A DNA stretch of 64,000 nt from Microgenomates group bacterium Gr01-1014_5 (GCA_007376395.1 VMGE01000001.1:89635-153634), one strand, 5' to 3'; positions 36,160-45,438 are shown, numbered from the stretch's first letter. Notes: generated from the sequence alone by a model not told the origin. Numbers and translations are program-made.

Positions 36160-39016
36160 GTAATTCTTCGCCTTTTTTAATTGTTTGAATTAAAGTCCTC
36201 TTTTTCAATAGTTCTAATAGTTCTGGCTTCTCTGGCAACCATGGGGAGGTAACATTAATTTCTGCGTCCAAAGGCGTTCCCATTTTCTTTCTCTCCTCTT
36301 GGATTTGACGTGCCAAATCCCTAACTTTCCCTTCTTCCTCAAGCTCCGGAGTTAAAGTTGTATCAAGTTCAACTGTTATCTCGGCGCCTTCGGCGACTAA
36401 CCAGTTTATTTCTTTAACATTCAATTCATCTTTAATCAATTGAAGCAGATCATTTGATAACTTATTACTTGTTACTTGTATCTTGATACTTCCCAACGGT
36501 TGTCTCACCGGAATATTTACTTCTTTCCTTTCTGCATGTCCCAGGCTTACGACTTCCCTAACTATAGACATTTGTTTTACCAACTCATGATCTAGCAAAC
36601 TTTTATCACCGCGCGGATATTCCTGTAAATGTACCGATTCTTCACCAGTTAAATTGCGGAAAATTTCTTCAGAGATAAAAGGAGTGATTGGTGCCATGAT
36701 TTTCGTCAAAGTAACTAAAACTCCATACATCACTGATAAAAATACTTTTTCGTCTTCTTTATCAGCTCCTGCTCCTACCCTTCCCCGACATCTACGTATA
36801 TACCAAGTCGACAAGTCGGTAACAATAAATTCTTCTATAGCCGTCGAGGCCGTCGCTGAATCAAAATTATCCAAACTTTCATTAACTTTTAAAACTACTT
36901 CTGTCAATCTTGCCAATACCCAACGATCCAAAACAGTGAACTTCTCACGAACATTCTCCGACGTTTCATTACAATCCCAACCGGCTGTATTTGCATAATC
37001 AATAAAAAATTTATATGAATTCCAAAGGATTAAATAAAATCTGCGGCGCGTTTCTTCCGCCAGTTTGTACCCAAACAGCATGTTTGTCGCTGGATCTTGT
37101 TTGGCATACATCCAGCGCGTAACATCGACTCCCATTTTATCTGCACCTGTATTAAACTCTATAGAATTCCCCCAGGATTTGTGCATTGCCCGTCCGTCTT
37201 CTGCGAGTAGCGTAGCGAATCCTAAGACTGTTTTAAATGGTTCTTCTCCTGTCAAAACAGTACTCATCGCGATCATTGAGTAAAACCAGTTTTTAAACTG
37301 TCCGGGGAAACTTTCGGTGATAAAATCTGCAGGAAACCATTCTTTCCCCATTGTTGAGAAAGGTACAATTCCGGCGTCTAACCAGGGGTTTCCGACATCC
37401 GGAATACGGGACATTTCCCCTCCGCACTCGCATTTTAGTTTTATTTCATCAATATATGGCTTGTGCGGCGTGTTTCCTGCAAACCGGTCCCAACCCTTCT
37501 CTGATTTTTGTTTTAATTCTTCCCTGCTACCCATTACTTCAAACTTATCGCACTTATCACAAACCCAAATAGGCAAGGCTAACCCCCAATAACGTTTTTT
37601 GGAAATAAGCCAGTCGTGCATATTGTCCAGCCAGTCCAATTCCCGTTTTAAGCCAAACTCCGGAATCCAGTTTATTTTCTGAGCCACACTCTTCATCGGC
37701 TCGCGCAATGAATCCATGGCAATATACCATTCATCAACCACACGCCAAACGAGTTCTGTGTGACATCGCCAGCAAGCAGGATATCTGTGGGTAATTTTTT
37801 CTTGATAAAATAATGTTTCTTTGTCTTTTAGAAAATCAATTATTAATTCCGGATGGTCTTTAGCGTTTTTACCAGTAAAGTCTTCCATTCCGTCAAGATA
37901 ATTTGCTTCTTCGTCAATAACCTCAATAACTGGAAGATTATGTTTTTTGCCTAATTGAAAATCCTCTGTACCTGCGCCGGTTGCAACATGAACAAGGCCA
38001 GTTCCTTCTTCATCAGAAATTGGCAAAATAAGGTTATCTGTTGCAACAACCTGATGAGCGGCTCCACTCATAGCACCTTTCACTCTTGGTAAATAATCAA
38101 ATGGTGAGGAATATTTTATACCGACAAGGCTTGAACCTTTTATAACTTTTTTAGTCTTAAGCCTCATTCGGTCTGAGGCCGGTTTTGAAAGATAATAGCC
38201 TCTACCGTTATCCTCGACTAACACATAATCTTTTTCCGGGTCAACAGCAACAGCAACGTTTGCTGGAAGTGTCCAGGGAGTTGTTGTCCAAACCAGCAAA
38301 TATTCGCTTGCCCCTAACGAAGCCTTTGGCGAAGTGGGGTCGCTAACCAGGGGGTATTCAACATATACCGAGTCGTGGGTAACTTCTTTATAATCTTCTG
38401 TCAGCATTTCGTGTTGAGAAATAGCGGTTCCGCAACGCGGACACCAAGGAACCGAATCGTGCCCTTTATAAATTAACCCTCTTTCGTGGCATTTTTTAAG
38501 GAAGTGCCAAATCATGTAGTTGTTTTCCTCACTCATTGTGTAGTAAGAATTTTCCCAATCCATGAAGTAGCCTAGGCGTTTTGATTGCTCGGTTTGCATT
38601 GCAGAATATTTCACAACCCTGTCTTTACAAAGCTGCACAAATTTAGCAATAGAAGCTTTTGGATCCCCCGGAACTAAATTTTCAATATCTTTTTTACTCT
38701 TTAGACCTAATTCTTTTTCAACTTCCACTTCCACCCAAAGTCCCTGACAATCAAATCCGTTTTGGAAACGTTGGCAGTACCCTTGCATGTTTTTATACCT
38801 CTGCCAAAGGTCTTTGTAGGTTCTTCCCCAGGCGTGGTGTACTCCCATCGGGCCATTGGCTGTAATTGGCCCGTCTAAAAAAGAAAACTGTTTGCTTGAA
38901 GAGTTGTTTTTAGTAAGATATTTTTGGACAACACCGTTTTCGTTCCAATATTCTAAGAGCTCTTTTTCAAGAGCGACAAAATCCTGCTTCGGGTCAACCG
39001 ACTTAAACTTTGCCAT
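36143..39016 (-). CDS. ileS: Isoleucine--tRNA ligase
   Basis: DGPITANGPMGVHH, WTTTPWTLP, GTGLVH, AMHKSWGN (KMSKS-like). Confidence 0.97.
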   Translation of the reverse strand: MAKFKSVDPKQDFVALEKELLEYWNENGVVQKYLTKNNSSSKQFSFLDGPITANGPMGVHHAWGRTYKDLWQRYKNMQGYCQRFQNGFDCQGLWVEVEVEKELGLKSKKDIENLVPGDPKASIAKFVQLCKDRVVKYSAMQTEQSKRLGYFMDWENSYYTMSEENNYMIWHFLKKCHERGLIYKGHDSVPWCPRCGTAISQHEMLTEDYKEVTHDSVYVEYPLVSDPTSPKASLGASEYLLVWTTTPWTLPANVAVAVDPEKDYVLVEDNGRGYYLSKPASDRMRLKTKKVIKGSSLVGIKYSSPFDYLPRVKGAMSGAAHQVVATDNLILPISDEEGTGLVHVATGAGTEDFQLGKKHNLPVIEVIDEEANYLDGMEDFTGKNAKDHPELIIDFLKDKETLFYQEKITHRYPACWRCHTELVWRVVDEWYIAMDSLREPMKSVAQKINWIPEFGLKRELDWLDNMHDWLISKKRYWGLALPIWVCDKCDKFEVMGSREELKQKSEKGWDRFAGNTPHKPYIDEIKLKCECGGEMSRIPDVGNPWLDAGIVPFSTMGKEWFPADFITESFPGQFKNWFYSMIAMSTVLTGEEPFKTVLGFATLLAEDGRAMHKSWGNSIEFNTGADKMGVDVTRWMYAKQDPATNMLFGYKLAEETRRRFYLILWNSYKFFIDYANTAGWDCNETSENVREKFTVLDRWVLARLTEVVLKVNESLDNFDSATASTAIEEFIVTDLSTWYIRRCRGRVGAGADKEDEKVFLSVMYGVLVTLTKIMAPITPFISEEIFRNLTGEESVHLQEYPRGDKSLLDHELVKQMSIVREVVSLGHAERKEVNIPVRQPLGSIKIQVTSNKLSNDLLQLIKDELNVKEINWLVAEGAEITVELDTTLTPELEEEGKVRDLARQIQEERKKMGTPLDAEINVTSPWLPEKPELLELLKKRTLIQTIKKGEELHVELA
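38311..38339. repeat. REP-like palindrome translated inside IleRS
   Basis: Minus strand CCCCACTTCGCCAAAGGCTTCGTTAGGGG encodes PTSPKASLG. Confidence 0.65.
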
Positions 39017-39038
39017 GAACTGATTATACAGATTTTGA

Positions 39039-39527
39039 TTAATTTCCGTCCACAAAATCTTTTACAGCTATTTGAGGCACATTACCAGAACTAAACCTGA
39101 ACTTGCCAAAAGGCTGGTTTAATTTGGAAACAGCTAAATCGCGGGCGTTCCAACTGTTTGCTAGATCAAAGGCATCCTCTATGATATCCTCTAAACCACT
39201 GGTAAAAATCGGTAGCCTCTCCATTCCCACCCATTCAAGTTTTACACCAGCCTGACGCGTAGGAATCTCAACTAATCCATTTATAGTTGCCCATATTTCC
39301 AAATGACTTTCCAATATTCGCACTTTAATAGAACGCATAAGGCGCTGACTTCCGTCAAATTCTATCCAGCCAAAACTAACTACCTTAACCCCATCGTCGT
39401 AGGTTTCCAGTGAAGGATAAATATCCCTTGCCTCTTCTCTTCCTTCCTTAAACCGGTTAAAAGCAGCCGTGATTACCTTATCTGTTTCTTCGATTGGTCT
39501 ACTTACTCTTCTTTCTGTGTCAGACAT
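39039..39527 (-). CDS. Hypothetical protein
   Basis: 162-aa ORF; no motif recognised. Confidence 0.6.
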   Translation of the reverse strand: MSDTERRVSRPIEETDKVITAAFNRFKEGREEARDIYPSLETYDDGVKVVSFGWIEFDGSQRLMRSIKVRILESHLEIWATINGLVEIPTRQAGVKLEWVGMERLPIFTSGLEDIIEDAFDLANSWNARDLAVSKLNQPFGKFRFSSGNVPQIAVKDFVDGN

Positions 39528-39588
39528 ATGAAAAAACCAGCTCTTGGCTGGTTCATAGTTGAATTGTACACCTTGAAGCTAATTAGCG

Positions 39589-40446
39589 TCAAGGAAGGAT
39601 GAATAGATCCTGATTGGTATCACTCACCCCCACCAACTTTCCCTCTCCTCTTATCACTGCTTCAAACGGCAAACAGGCAAAACACCCGCTTTTTGGACAA
39701 TTCATTAAATTAAGCTGTCTGGCAAGTTTTACCCGCTTTGCGGCTTCCATGATTCTCTCTGTTGCCTCTCTTTCTTCCGGTAACGCAACAAGCGACGGTT
39801 CATTGTCTTTATCTAAATACCAATAACTCGCCTGTGACACGTTAAACTTTTGGCAATTCTTTGCCAAGAGAAAGTAAATTAAAAGCTGTAAAGAATTTTC
39901 ATCTTCTTCGTTCTTCCCGGTCTTAAAATCAACAATATGCACTGAATCATCTTTTTCTCTGTATTCCAGCCAGTCAATTTTGCCGCAAAGAATAATATTG
40001 TCAGCTTCAGAAAAAAGATAATAAGGAAGGTCAAAATTAGAAAGTCTATCTTTTTCTGTTCTTGGTTTTATTTTTACAGCTTTATTTAAGAGAATGCCCG
40101 GGTTTTCCGCAACTCTCGAAAGCATTTCCACCCCTCTTTGTTTATATCTATCTTCTTCTGCGCTGTCTTTAAATCCTCCTTTGATACCAGAAACTTTTTC
40201 CCAGGATTTTTCAAACTTTTCCAAAAGTGATACTTTAAACCTTTCTGCTTGAGGCAGAGCCGACAATCCCTCTATTACTTCGTGCACTACCTGTCCCAAG
40301 GCAAGTGGAGGGGTAACAATATTCATTTTACGGTTTGTCTGTTTGCTTTTGTATACGTTACGCAGGTAATAACAACGCGGACATTTCAAAAAATCTGAGA
40401 TTGAAGAATGCGATACCCAGACCGAGGGTTGAAATTGTGCAGCCAT
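39589..40446 (-). CDS. PD-(D/E)XK nuclease, RecB/AddB/Cas4-like with a Cys cluster
   Basis: S.SSI..F.KCP, GKIDW...IVDFKTG, QL..Y, C-terminal CPKSGCFAC. Confidence 0.85.
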   Translation of the reverse strand: MAAQFQPSVWVSHSSISDFLKCPRCYYLRNVYKSKQTNRKMNIVTPPLALGQVVHEVIEGLSALPQAERFKVSLLEKFEKSWEKVSGIKGGFKDSAEEDRYKQRGVEMLSRVAENPGILLNKAVKIKPRTEKDRLSNFDLPYYLFSEADNIILCGKIDWLEYREKDDSVHIVDFKTGKNEEDENSLQLLIYFLLAKNCQKFNVSQASYWYLDKDNEPSLVALPEEREATERIMEAAKRVKLARQLNLMNCPKSGCFACLPFEAVIRGEGKLVGVSDTNQDLFILP

Positions 40447-40528
40447 AAAGGAATTATACCAGCTTACTCGTAAAATCAATCAAAACCAGGATTTTTAACT
40501 TCTACTGTCAATTTGCTACAATTCGTTC

Positions 40529-40864
40529 ATGGTTCGGGAAACACACTATCGAGTACCGAGATATTTGACTACTTTGGAAGAGTTGTACAGCGCGGCTCTT
40601 GCCAACCTCGGACCAATGGACACAAAGTCTCTTGAAGAATTCCAAAAAGAGGCCGCTATAGTTGCAGATCTGGCTGGAATCTCTCGTTTCAGACTAGCTC
40701 TTGATTTAAGCTTTAAAGAGCCAGATTCTTTAGGTATCACCGAACAACCCCAAACAGTCACAGACTTTGAATGGAATCAACATCTTGAGGAAGTTGGAAG
40801 AAGAACCACGCATATGCCAAACGTCTTTGTCGTTGACACAACCAAATACACCCTACTTTTTTAA
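40529..40864 (+). CDS. Hypothetical protein
   Basis: 111-aa ORF with TACAAT 6 nt before the ATG. Confidence 0.6.
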   Translation: MVRETHYRVPRYLTTLEELYSAALANLGPMDTKSLEEFQKEAAIVADLAGISRFRLALDLSFKEPDSLGITEQPQTVTDFEWNQHLEEVGRRTTHMPNVFVVDTTKYTLLF

Positions 40865-40888
40865 CCCACGATAATCCACACCTATCCT

Positions 40889-40920
40889 AGCACTCTTTTC
40901 GCTATAGCGAAAAGAGTGCT
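40889..40920. repeat. Perfect 32-bp palindrome
   Basis: AGCACTCTTTTCGCTA|TAGCGAAAAGAGTGCT. Confidence 0.95.
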
Positions 40921-40952
40921 GAGCACAAATTGTTTGGTTGAATAGTAGAAAT

Positions 40953-41531
40953 TTATTTAAGTCCGAAATATTCTTTGTAGAGGTCTTCATTTTCAAGGTT
41001 GCCCATTGTTAGGTAAGTAACGTCCTCGTCGATATTGTAAATTTCTCTCAAAAATTCCATAATATCCGAGCATGGATACGGGTATAGATAGACGCTCTTC
41101 TGTAGTTTAAATAACCCAAGGTGTTTTAACGTGTTTCTTAAAGAGTCACTTGCGTTCTTTTTCTCTTTTGGGATATCGTAAACGATAATTCTCCATTTCC
41201 TGTCCCATTTATCAGGTTTCGGTATCTCGATATCTTCCAAATTATATTTTAGTAGTTTAGTTCTTCCTTTCTTTGTAATTTTGACCGCGAGTTTATCTCC
41301 ATCTTGATAAATCCTAATCACCTTTTGATTAGCTAGTTTCTTCAGTTTTTGACGCAATCTTGACTCATCGAACTCTTTCCACTCTTCCTCAAAGAGAAAG
41401 CTTTCCCAATCGATTCGTTTATTGCCTAAAATCTTTGGCAGTCCCGGAAGAAGTAGGCTGCCTCCAATAAATGCACCTACAACAGCGATTTTAAGTAATT
41501 GTTTTGTTGTTGGGTACTTTTTCTCCATCAA
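40953..41531 (-). CDS. PaaX-like protein: wHTH plus Cas2-like domain
   Basis: wHTH/wing RLRQKLKKL...VKITKKG, then WDRKWRIIVYDIP...LRNTLKHLG..KLQKSVY (Cas2/VapD-like pattern). Confidence 0.85.
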   Translation of the reverse strand: MMEKKYPTTKQLLKIAVVGAFIGGSLLLPGLPKILGNKRIDWESFLFEEEWKEFDESRLRQKLKKLANQKVIRIYQDGDKLAVKITKKGRTKLLKYNLEDIEIPKPDKWDRKWRIIVYDIPKEKKNASDSLRNTLKHLGLFKLQKSVYLYPYPCSDIMEFLREIYNIDEDVTYLTMGNLENEDLYKEYFGLK

Positions 41532-41561
41532 TATATATTATAACCTCTACTTTTTGATTTC

Positions 41562-41593
41562 AACACACTTTTCGCGATAGCGAAATGTGTGTT
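41562..41593. repeat. 32-bp near-perfect palindrome homologous to 40889-40920
   Basis: AACACACTTTTCGCGA|TAGCGAAATGTGTGTT; 26/32 identical to the other copy. Confidence 0.92.
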
Positions 41594-41673
41594 AATTTAA
41601 AATATCGGGTATCAAATACTGACGTATTGATGTAATACCAGAATTGATATAATTTAATTGATATAATGCAAAG

Positions 41674-41940
41674 ATGCTAAAAATTGAAAAGAAATGCTGG
41701 CCGGAGTATTTTCAAGCTATTCTTGACGGTAAAAAAACATACGAATTGCGTTTGAATGACTTTGAGGTTGAAACAGGAGATATACTGGTTTTGCGCGAAT
41801 GGAATCCGGTAACAAAAAAATACACTGGAAGAACACAGGAAAAAGTAGTAACCTACGTTGGCAAATTTAAGATTGACAAACTATTTTGGCCGAAAGAAGA
41901 AATCGAAAAACACGGCCTGCAAGTCATTTCTCTAAAATAA
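41674..41940 (+). CDS. DUF3850 / ASCH-like protein
   Basis: PEYFQAILDGKKTYELRLND..ETGDILVLREW...YTGR. Confidence 0.88.
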   Translation: MLKIEKKCWPEYFQAILDGKKTYELRLNDFEVETGDILVLREWNPVTKKYTGRTQEKVVTYVGKFKIDKLFWPKEEIEKHGLQVISLK

Positions 41941-41969
41941 TCAAACAAGGGGTCTTACTTCAAGAGAAA

Positions 41970-42083
41970 TCAACGGATGTGCCTTTCACCAATCCAGAGA
42001 ACTGCTTTATCGAGAAGACTTTTGACTTGTAGAGCCCTAGCGTGGTTTTGATATGTTATTAATTCCGCACCCTCTCCCGTCAT
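41970..42083 (-). CDS. Possible 37-aa leaderless small ORF or gene remnant
   Basis: MTGEGAELITYQNHARALQVKSLLDKAVLWIGERHIR*; TATAAT 6 nt before the ATG. Confidence 0.35.
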   Translation of the reverse strand: MTGEGAELITYQNHARALQVKSLLDKAVLWIGERHIR

Positions 42084-42098
42084 GAAGTAATTATACTC

Positions 42099-43274
42099 TT
42101 ACCTGCCTTGTCTTAAAAAGGCTGGGATCTCGAACTTTTCGCCCCATTCGTCTTTACCGTTTTCGGTTTTTTCTTCTTCTTCATTTCCAATCTGCTGACT
42201 CACTTGCTGAGTTTGTACAGGCAGTGGAGAAGTGTCTGTTACTTCTCCAACTAAACCTTGGGGATGCTGTTCTTCTCTCTTGCGGGGAGGAGTAACCATT
42301 CGCCCCAAGCGCGAGCGCATCTCGTCAAAGCCCGTTGCCACAACAGTTATCCTTAATTGATCTGATAAACGCGGATTAACTGTTGCTCCAAAAATAATAT
42401 TGGCATCGGCGTCTGCTGTTTCTGAAATAATGCGTGCTGCCTCGTCAACCTCTGCCATGGTCATGTCCTCACCCCCGGCGATGTTGAAAAGCACACCCTT
42501 GGCGCCCTCTATAGAAAGCTCTAACAAAGGAGAGGAGATAGCGGCTCTAGCCGCCATTTGGGCACGGTTTTCACCAACCCCTGTACCTATTCCCAAGAGT
42601 GCGCTACCGGCATCTTTCATAATCGTCCTCACGTCGGCAAAGTCTACATTGATTAATCCCGGTGTGGTTATAATTTCAGAGATTCCCTCAACGCCTTGGG
42701 AAAGAACTGCGTCAACTACCTTAAAGGCGTCGACTAAAGTCATCTTGCGGTCGATTACGTCCATTAGACGCTGGTTTGGGATCACAATTAAGGCGTCTAC
42801 TTTGTCTTGCAGATTTTCTATCGCTTCTTCCGCAACCATCATCCGGCGCGCGCCTTCAAAAGCAAACGGCTTGGTCACAATAGCAACGGTAAGAGCTCCA
42901 ACTTCGCGTGCAACTTCGGCAACAATTGGAGTTGCCCCGGATCCTGTTCCCCCACCCATTCCAGCAGTTAAAAACACCATATCTGAATCAATTAAAAGTT
43001 CTTTAATGCGCTCACGCGATTCTTCTGCTGCTTGTTTGCCGATTTCTGCACTTCCTCCGACACCTAGCCCACGGGTTAGTTTTTCACCGATTTGCATTTT
43101 GGTATCCGAGAGGTTGTCGAGAAGTACTTGTGCGTCAGTATTGAGCGCGATAAACTCTACCGCATCAATTTTGCGCTCCTGAATCATGTGATTGGCGGCA
43201 TTTCCGCCGCCGCCGCCAACGGCAACAACTTTGATTTTTGCTAAGCGTGATGTATCAGGTTTTACAAGTGCCAT
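42099..43274 (-). CDS. ftsZ: Cell division protein FtsZ
   Basis: GGGGGNA, AGMGGGTGSG, INVDFADV, C-terminal EIPAFLR. Confidence 0.99.
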   Translation of the reverse strand: MALVKPDTSRLAKIKVVAVGGGGGNAANHMIQERKIDAVEFIALNTDAQVLLDNLSDTKMQIGEKLTRGLGVGGSAEIGKQAAEESRERIKELLIDSDMVFLTAGMGGGTGSGATPIVAEVAREVGALTVAIVTKPFAFEGARRMMVAEEAIENLQDKVDALIVIPNQRLMDVIDRKMTLVDAFKVVDAVLSQGVEGISEIITTPGLINVDFADVRTIMKDAGSALLGIGTGVGENRAQMAARAAISSPLLELSIEGAKGVLFNIAGGEDMTMAEVDEAARIISETADADANIIFGATVNPRLSDQLRITVVATGFDEMRSRLGRMVTPPRKREEQHPQGLVGEVTDTSPLPVQTQQVSQQIGNEEEEKTENGKDEWGEKFEIPAFLRQGR

Positions 43275-43424
43275 ATGGTTAGGAGGTAGGTTTTAGGAAT
43301 TAGGGTTTAGTATTAAACTATACCCTAAAGACCCTGTTCGCTAAAAAACTGGGGCAGTACAGCGTTTTGCCAATTGTAACATCGACAAGAGAAAATGCAA
43401 GACCTATTGAACAGGGCAAGAGGG

Positions 43425-44702
43425 TTACGGCAGCAATTTCTTAAAGATTTCGCCTACTTTGTCAATTAACCCGCGTCCTGGAATGTCGGAAAATTTAGGA
43501 ATAAAACCGCCAGGCGACCAACCAGATTCTTCTCTCTTTTGTTCTTTTGCCCCATATAGTAAAAGACCAACAGCTCCGGCATACACCGGGCTTTCTATCT
43601 CGTCTGTCAACCCCGTGACGCCAACCGGCTTACCAACCCGCGCAGGGAGCGACAACACACGGCGCGCCGATTCCAAAGTTCCGGCACAAAGCGCTCCGCC
43701 ACCGGTAATAACAATTCCCGAAGGAACTCTCCCTATAATGTTTTTATTCGAGAGCTCCATAGCCACCATGGCAAAAATCTCGTTCATGCGCGGCTTAATA
43801 ATTCCATCAGCCAGTGTCTTTTTGGAGACTTTCTTTTCTTCCTCTTCAATTCCCAATATTCCTAAGTTGATTGTATCTGCCTCTTCTCCTTCCGTCTTTT
43901 TCATTCTTCCGTCGTCGGAGAGTGAAGTTTTAATTTTTTCGGCAGAGTCTAAAGAAACACGAAGACCCGCGGCAATGTCGTTGGTTACATTACGTCCGCC
44001 GATAGGCAAAACAGAAGAAAAAGCAATCGCTCCTTCGATATAAGCGGTTATTGAAGTCGTCCCTCCCCCAATATCCACCAAAACAACACCCAATTCCTTG
44101 TCGGTTTCGGAAAGTACAGAAAAGCTTGAGGCCAATCCCGAAAAGACCAAGGCTTCTGGAGTAATACCGACTTCTGAAACACATTTAAATATGTTTTTGG
44201 CGGCAGATGTTGAACCGGTAATCAAATGAGTTTCTACCTCTAGTCTTACTCCGCTCATTCCTTCAGGGTCTTTAACCAGCGTTTCTCCGTCAACTTTGTA
44301 TTCGCGGGGTAATACATGCAAGATTTCGCGCGCCTCGGGCAGTGAGATAGCGCGTGCGGCCTCAATCACCCGTTCAACGTCGTGGGCTGTGATTTCTCCG
44401 GATGGGTCGGCAACTGCAACGACTCCGTGCGAGTTGCGCGATTCGATATGCGCCCCACCTATCGAAACAAATGCACGGTCCAGCGAGTAGCCAGCCATGC
44501 GCTCTGCCGACTCAACAGAAGATACGACCGACTCTGCCGCTTCTTCGATATCGACAATTTGACCTTTTCTTACGCCGCGCGAAGGAATTGAGGAAACCCC
44601 AACCACCGAAAGCTTACCTTCTTCTTCATTGTATTGGGCAATGAGGGTAGCAACTTTTGAAGAACCGATGTCAATTCCCGCTAGAACTTTAGACTTCGCC
44701 AT
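43425..44702 (-). CDS. ftsA: Cell division protein FtsA
   Basis: GIDIGSSK, GMSGVRLE, DIGGGTT, VITGGGA. Confidence 0.98.
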   Translation of the reverse strand: MAKSKVLAGIDIGSSKVATLIAQYNEEEGKLSVVGVSSIPSRGVRKGQIVDIEEAAESVVSSVESAERMAGYSLDRAFVSIGGAHIESRNSHGVVAVADPSGEITAHDVERVIEAARAISLPEAREILHVLPREYKVDGETLVKDPEGMSGVRLEVETHLITGSTSAAKNIFKCVSEVGITPEALVFSGLASSFSVLSETDKELGVVLVDIGGGTTSITAYIEGAIAFSSVLPIGGRNVTNDIAAGLRVSLDSAEKIKTSLSDDGRMKKTEGEEADTINLGILGIEEEEKKVSKKTLADGIIKPRMNEIFAMVAMELSNKNIIGRVPSGIVITGGGALCAGTLESARRVLSLPARVGKPVGVTGLTDEIESPVYAGAVGLLLYGAKEQKREESGWSPGGFIPKFSDIPGRGLIDKVGEIFKKLLP

Positions 44703-45438
44703 ATTTTAATATTGGTTTACTATACCGCAAATCTATCAGTTTGGGCAATTTGCCTTCAATTCTACTTCGCGTCAAGATTAATTGTAAAGCACCAACAAGG
44801 GCTTGAGGGTCACGAGATAGCGGAAAATAGACAGTTATAGCGTCTCCGGTTTGCACAACAAGCTTTTTATCTTCCACTTTTGCCTGTCTAATATTATCTG
44901 CTTTGAAAACTAAGTGAAATATTTTAGCCGCTTGTAAGTTTTCTTCATTTAGCCTTTGCCCAACTTCGAGCTTTCCGTCTATTATAGTCAAAATAGGTAA
45001 AAAGGATTCAGCTACTCTGTCTATTACTTCCCCATCAATGTCCACCAAATACAAGTCTTGTCTTTCGGATAATTTTATAACAACTATCGCCTTCCGTTTT
45101 TCAATAGAGACGGAAAGAGTGCCAGGGAAGACCTTTTCCACATAAACTGTCCGGTTTAAAAATGTCTTTTTTAAACTTTCAGCCAGGGTTTGGGTGTTAT
45201 AGAAAAAGAAATTTTCTCCCAGGGGTGCCGTGAATTGTTCTTCGTCCAGTTTACTACACGGACCGTATTGAGTCTTACAATGGATGTTTTTAATCGCAAA
45301 AAGTGAGCTTTGTAAAAAAACAACAAAGAGAAAGCAAAGGATTAAAAAACCCAAAACCCAGACGATCTTGCTCTTTAGAAAATTTTGGGCAAAATCCGCC
45401 AGTTTAATTCCGATTCCTGCTTTTCTTACAAAACGCAT
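44689..45438 (-). CDS. ftsQ: FtsQ/DivIB-like protein
   Basis: TM helix plus POTRA-like region (KVFPGTL.V.I..R), C-terminal IDLRY; lies between murG and ftsA. Confidence 0.8.
   Translation of the reverse strand: MRFVRKAGIGIKLADFAQNFLKSKIVWVLGFLILCFLFVVFLQSSLFAIKNIHCKTQYGPCSKLDEEQFTAPLGENFFFYNTQTLAESLKKTFLNRTVYVEKVFPGTLSVSIEKRKAIVVIKLSERQDLYLVDIDGEVIDRVAESFLPILTIIDGKLEVGQRLNEENLQAAKIFHLVFKADNIRQAKVEDKKLVVQTGDAITVYFPLSRDPQALVGALQLILTRSRIEGKLPKLIDLRYSKPILKYGEV

Noticed and set aside
39589-41940. CRISPR-Cas adaptation locus (Cas4-like plus Cas2-like)
   Set aside because: There is no cas1, no effector gene and no repeat-spacer array. The two 32-bp palindromes are separated by a whole gene, not by a spacer.
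42400-43182. Long antisense ORFs (260 aa opposite ftsZ; similar ones opposite eno, dnaE, gatA, ftsA, murA and ftsI)
   Set aside because: They are shadow frames of well-conserved genes, with no motifs or independent starts.
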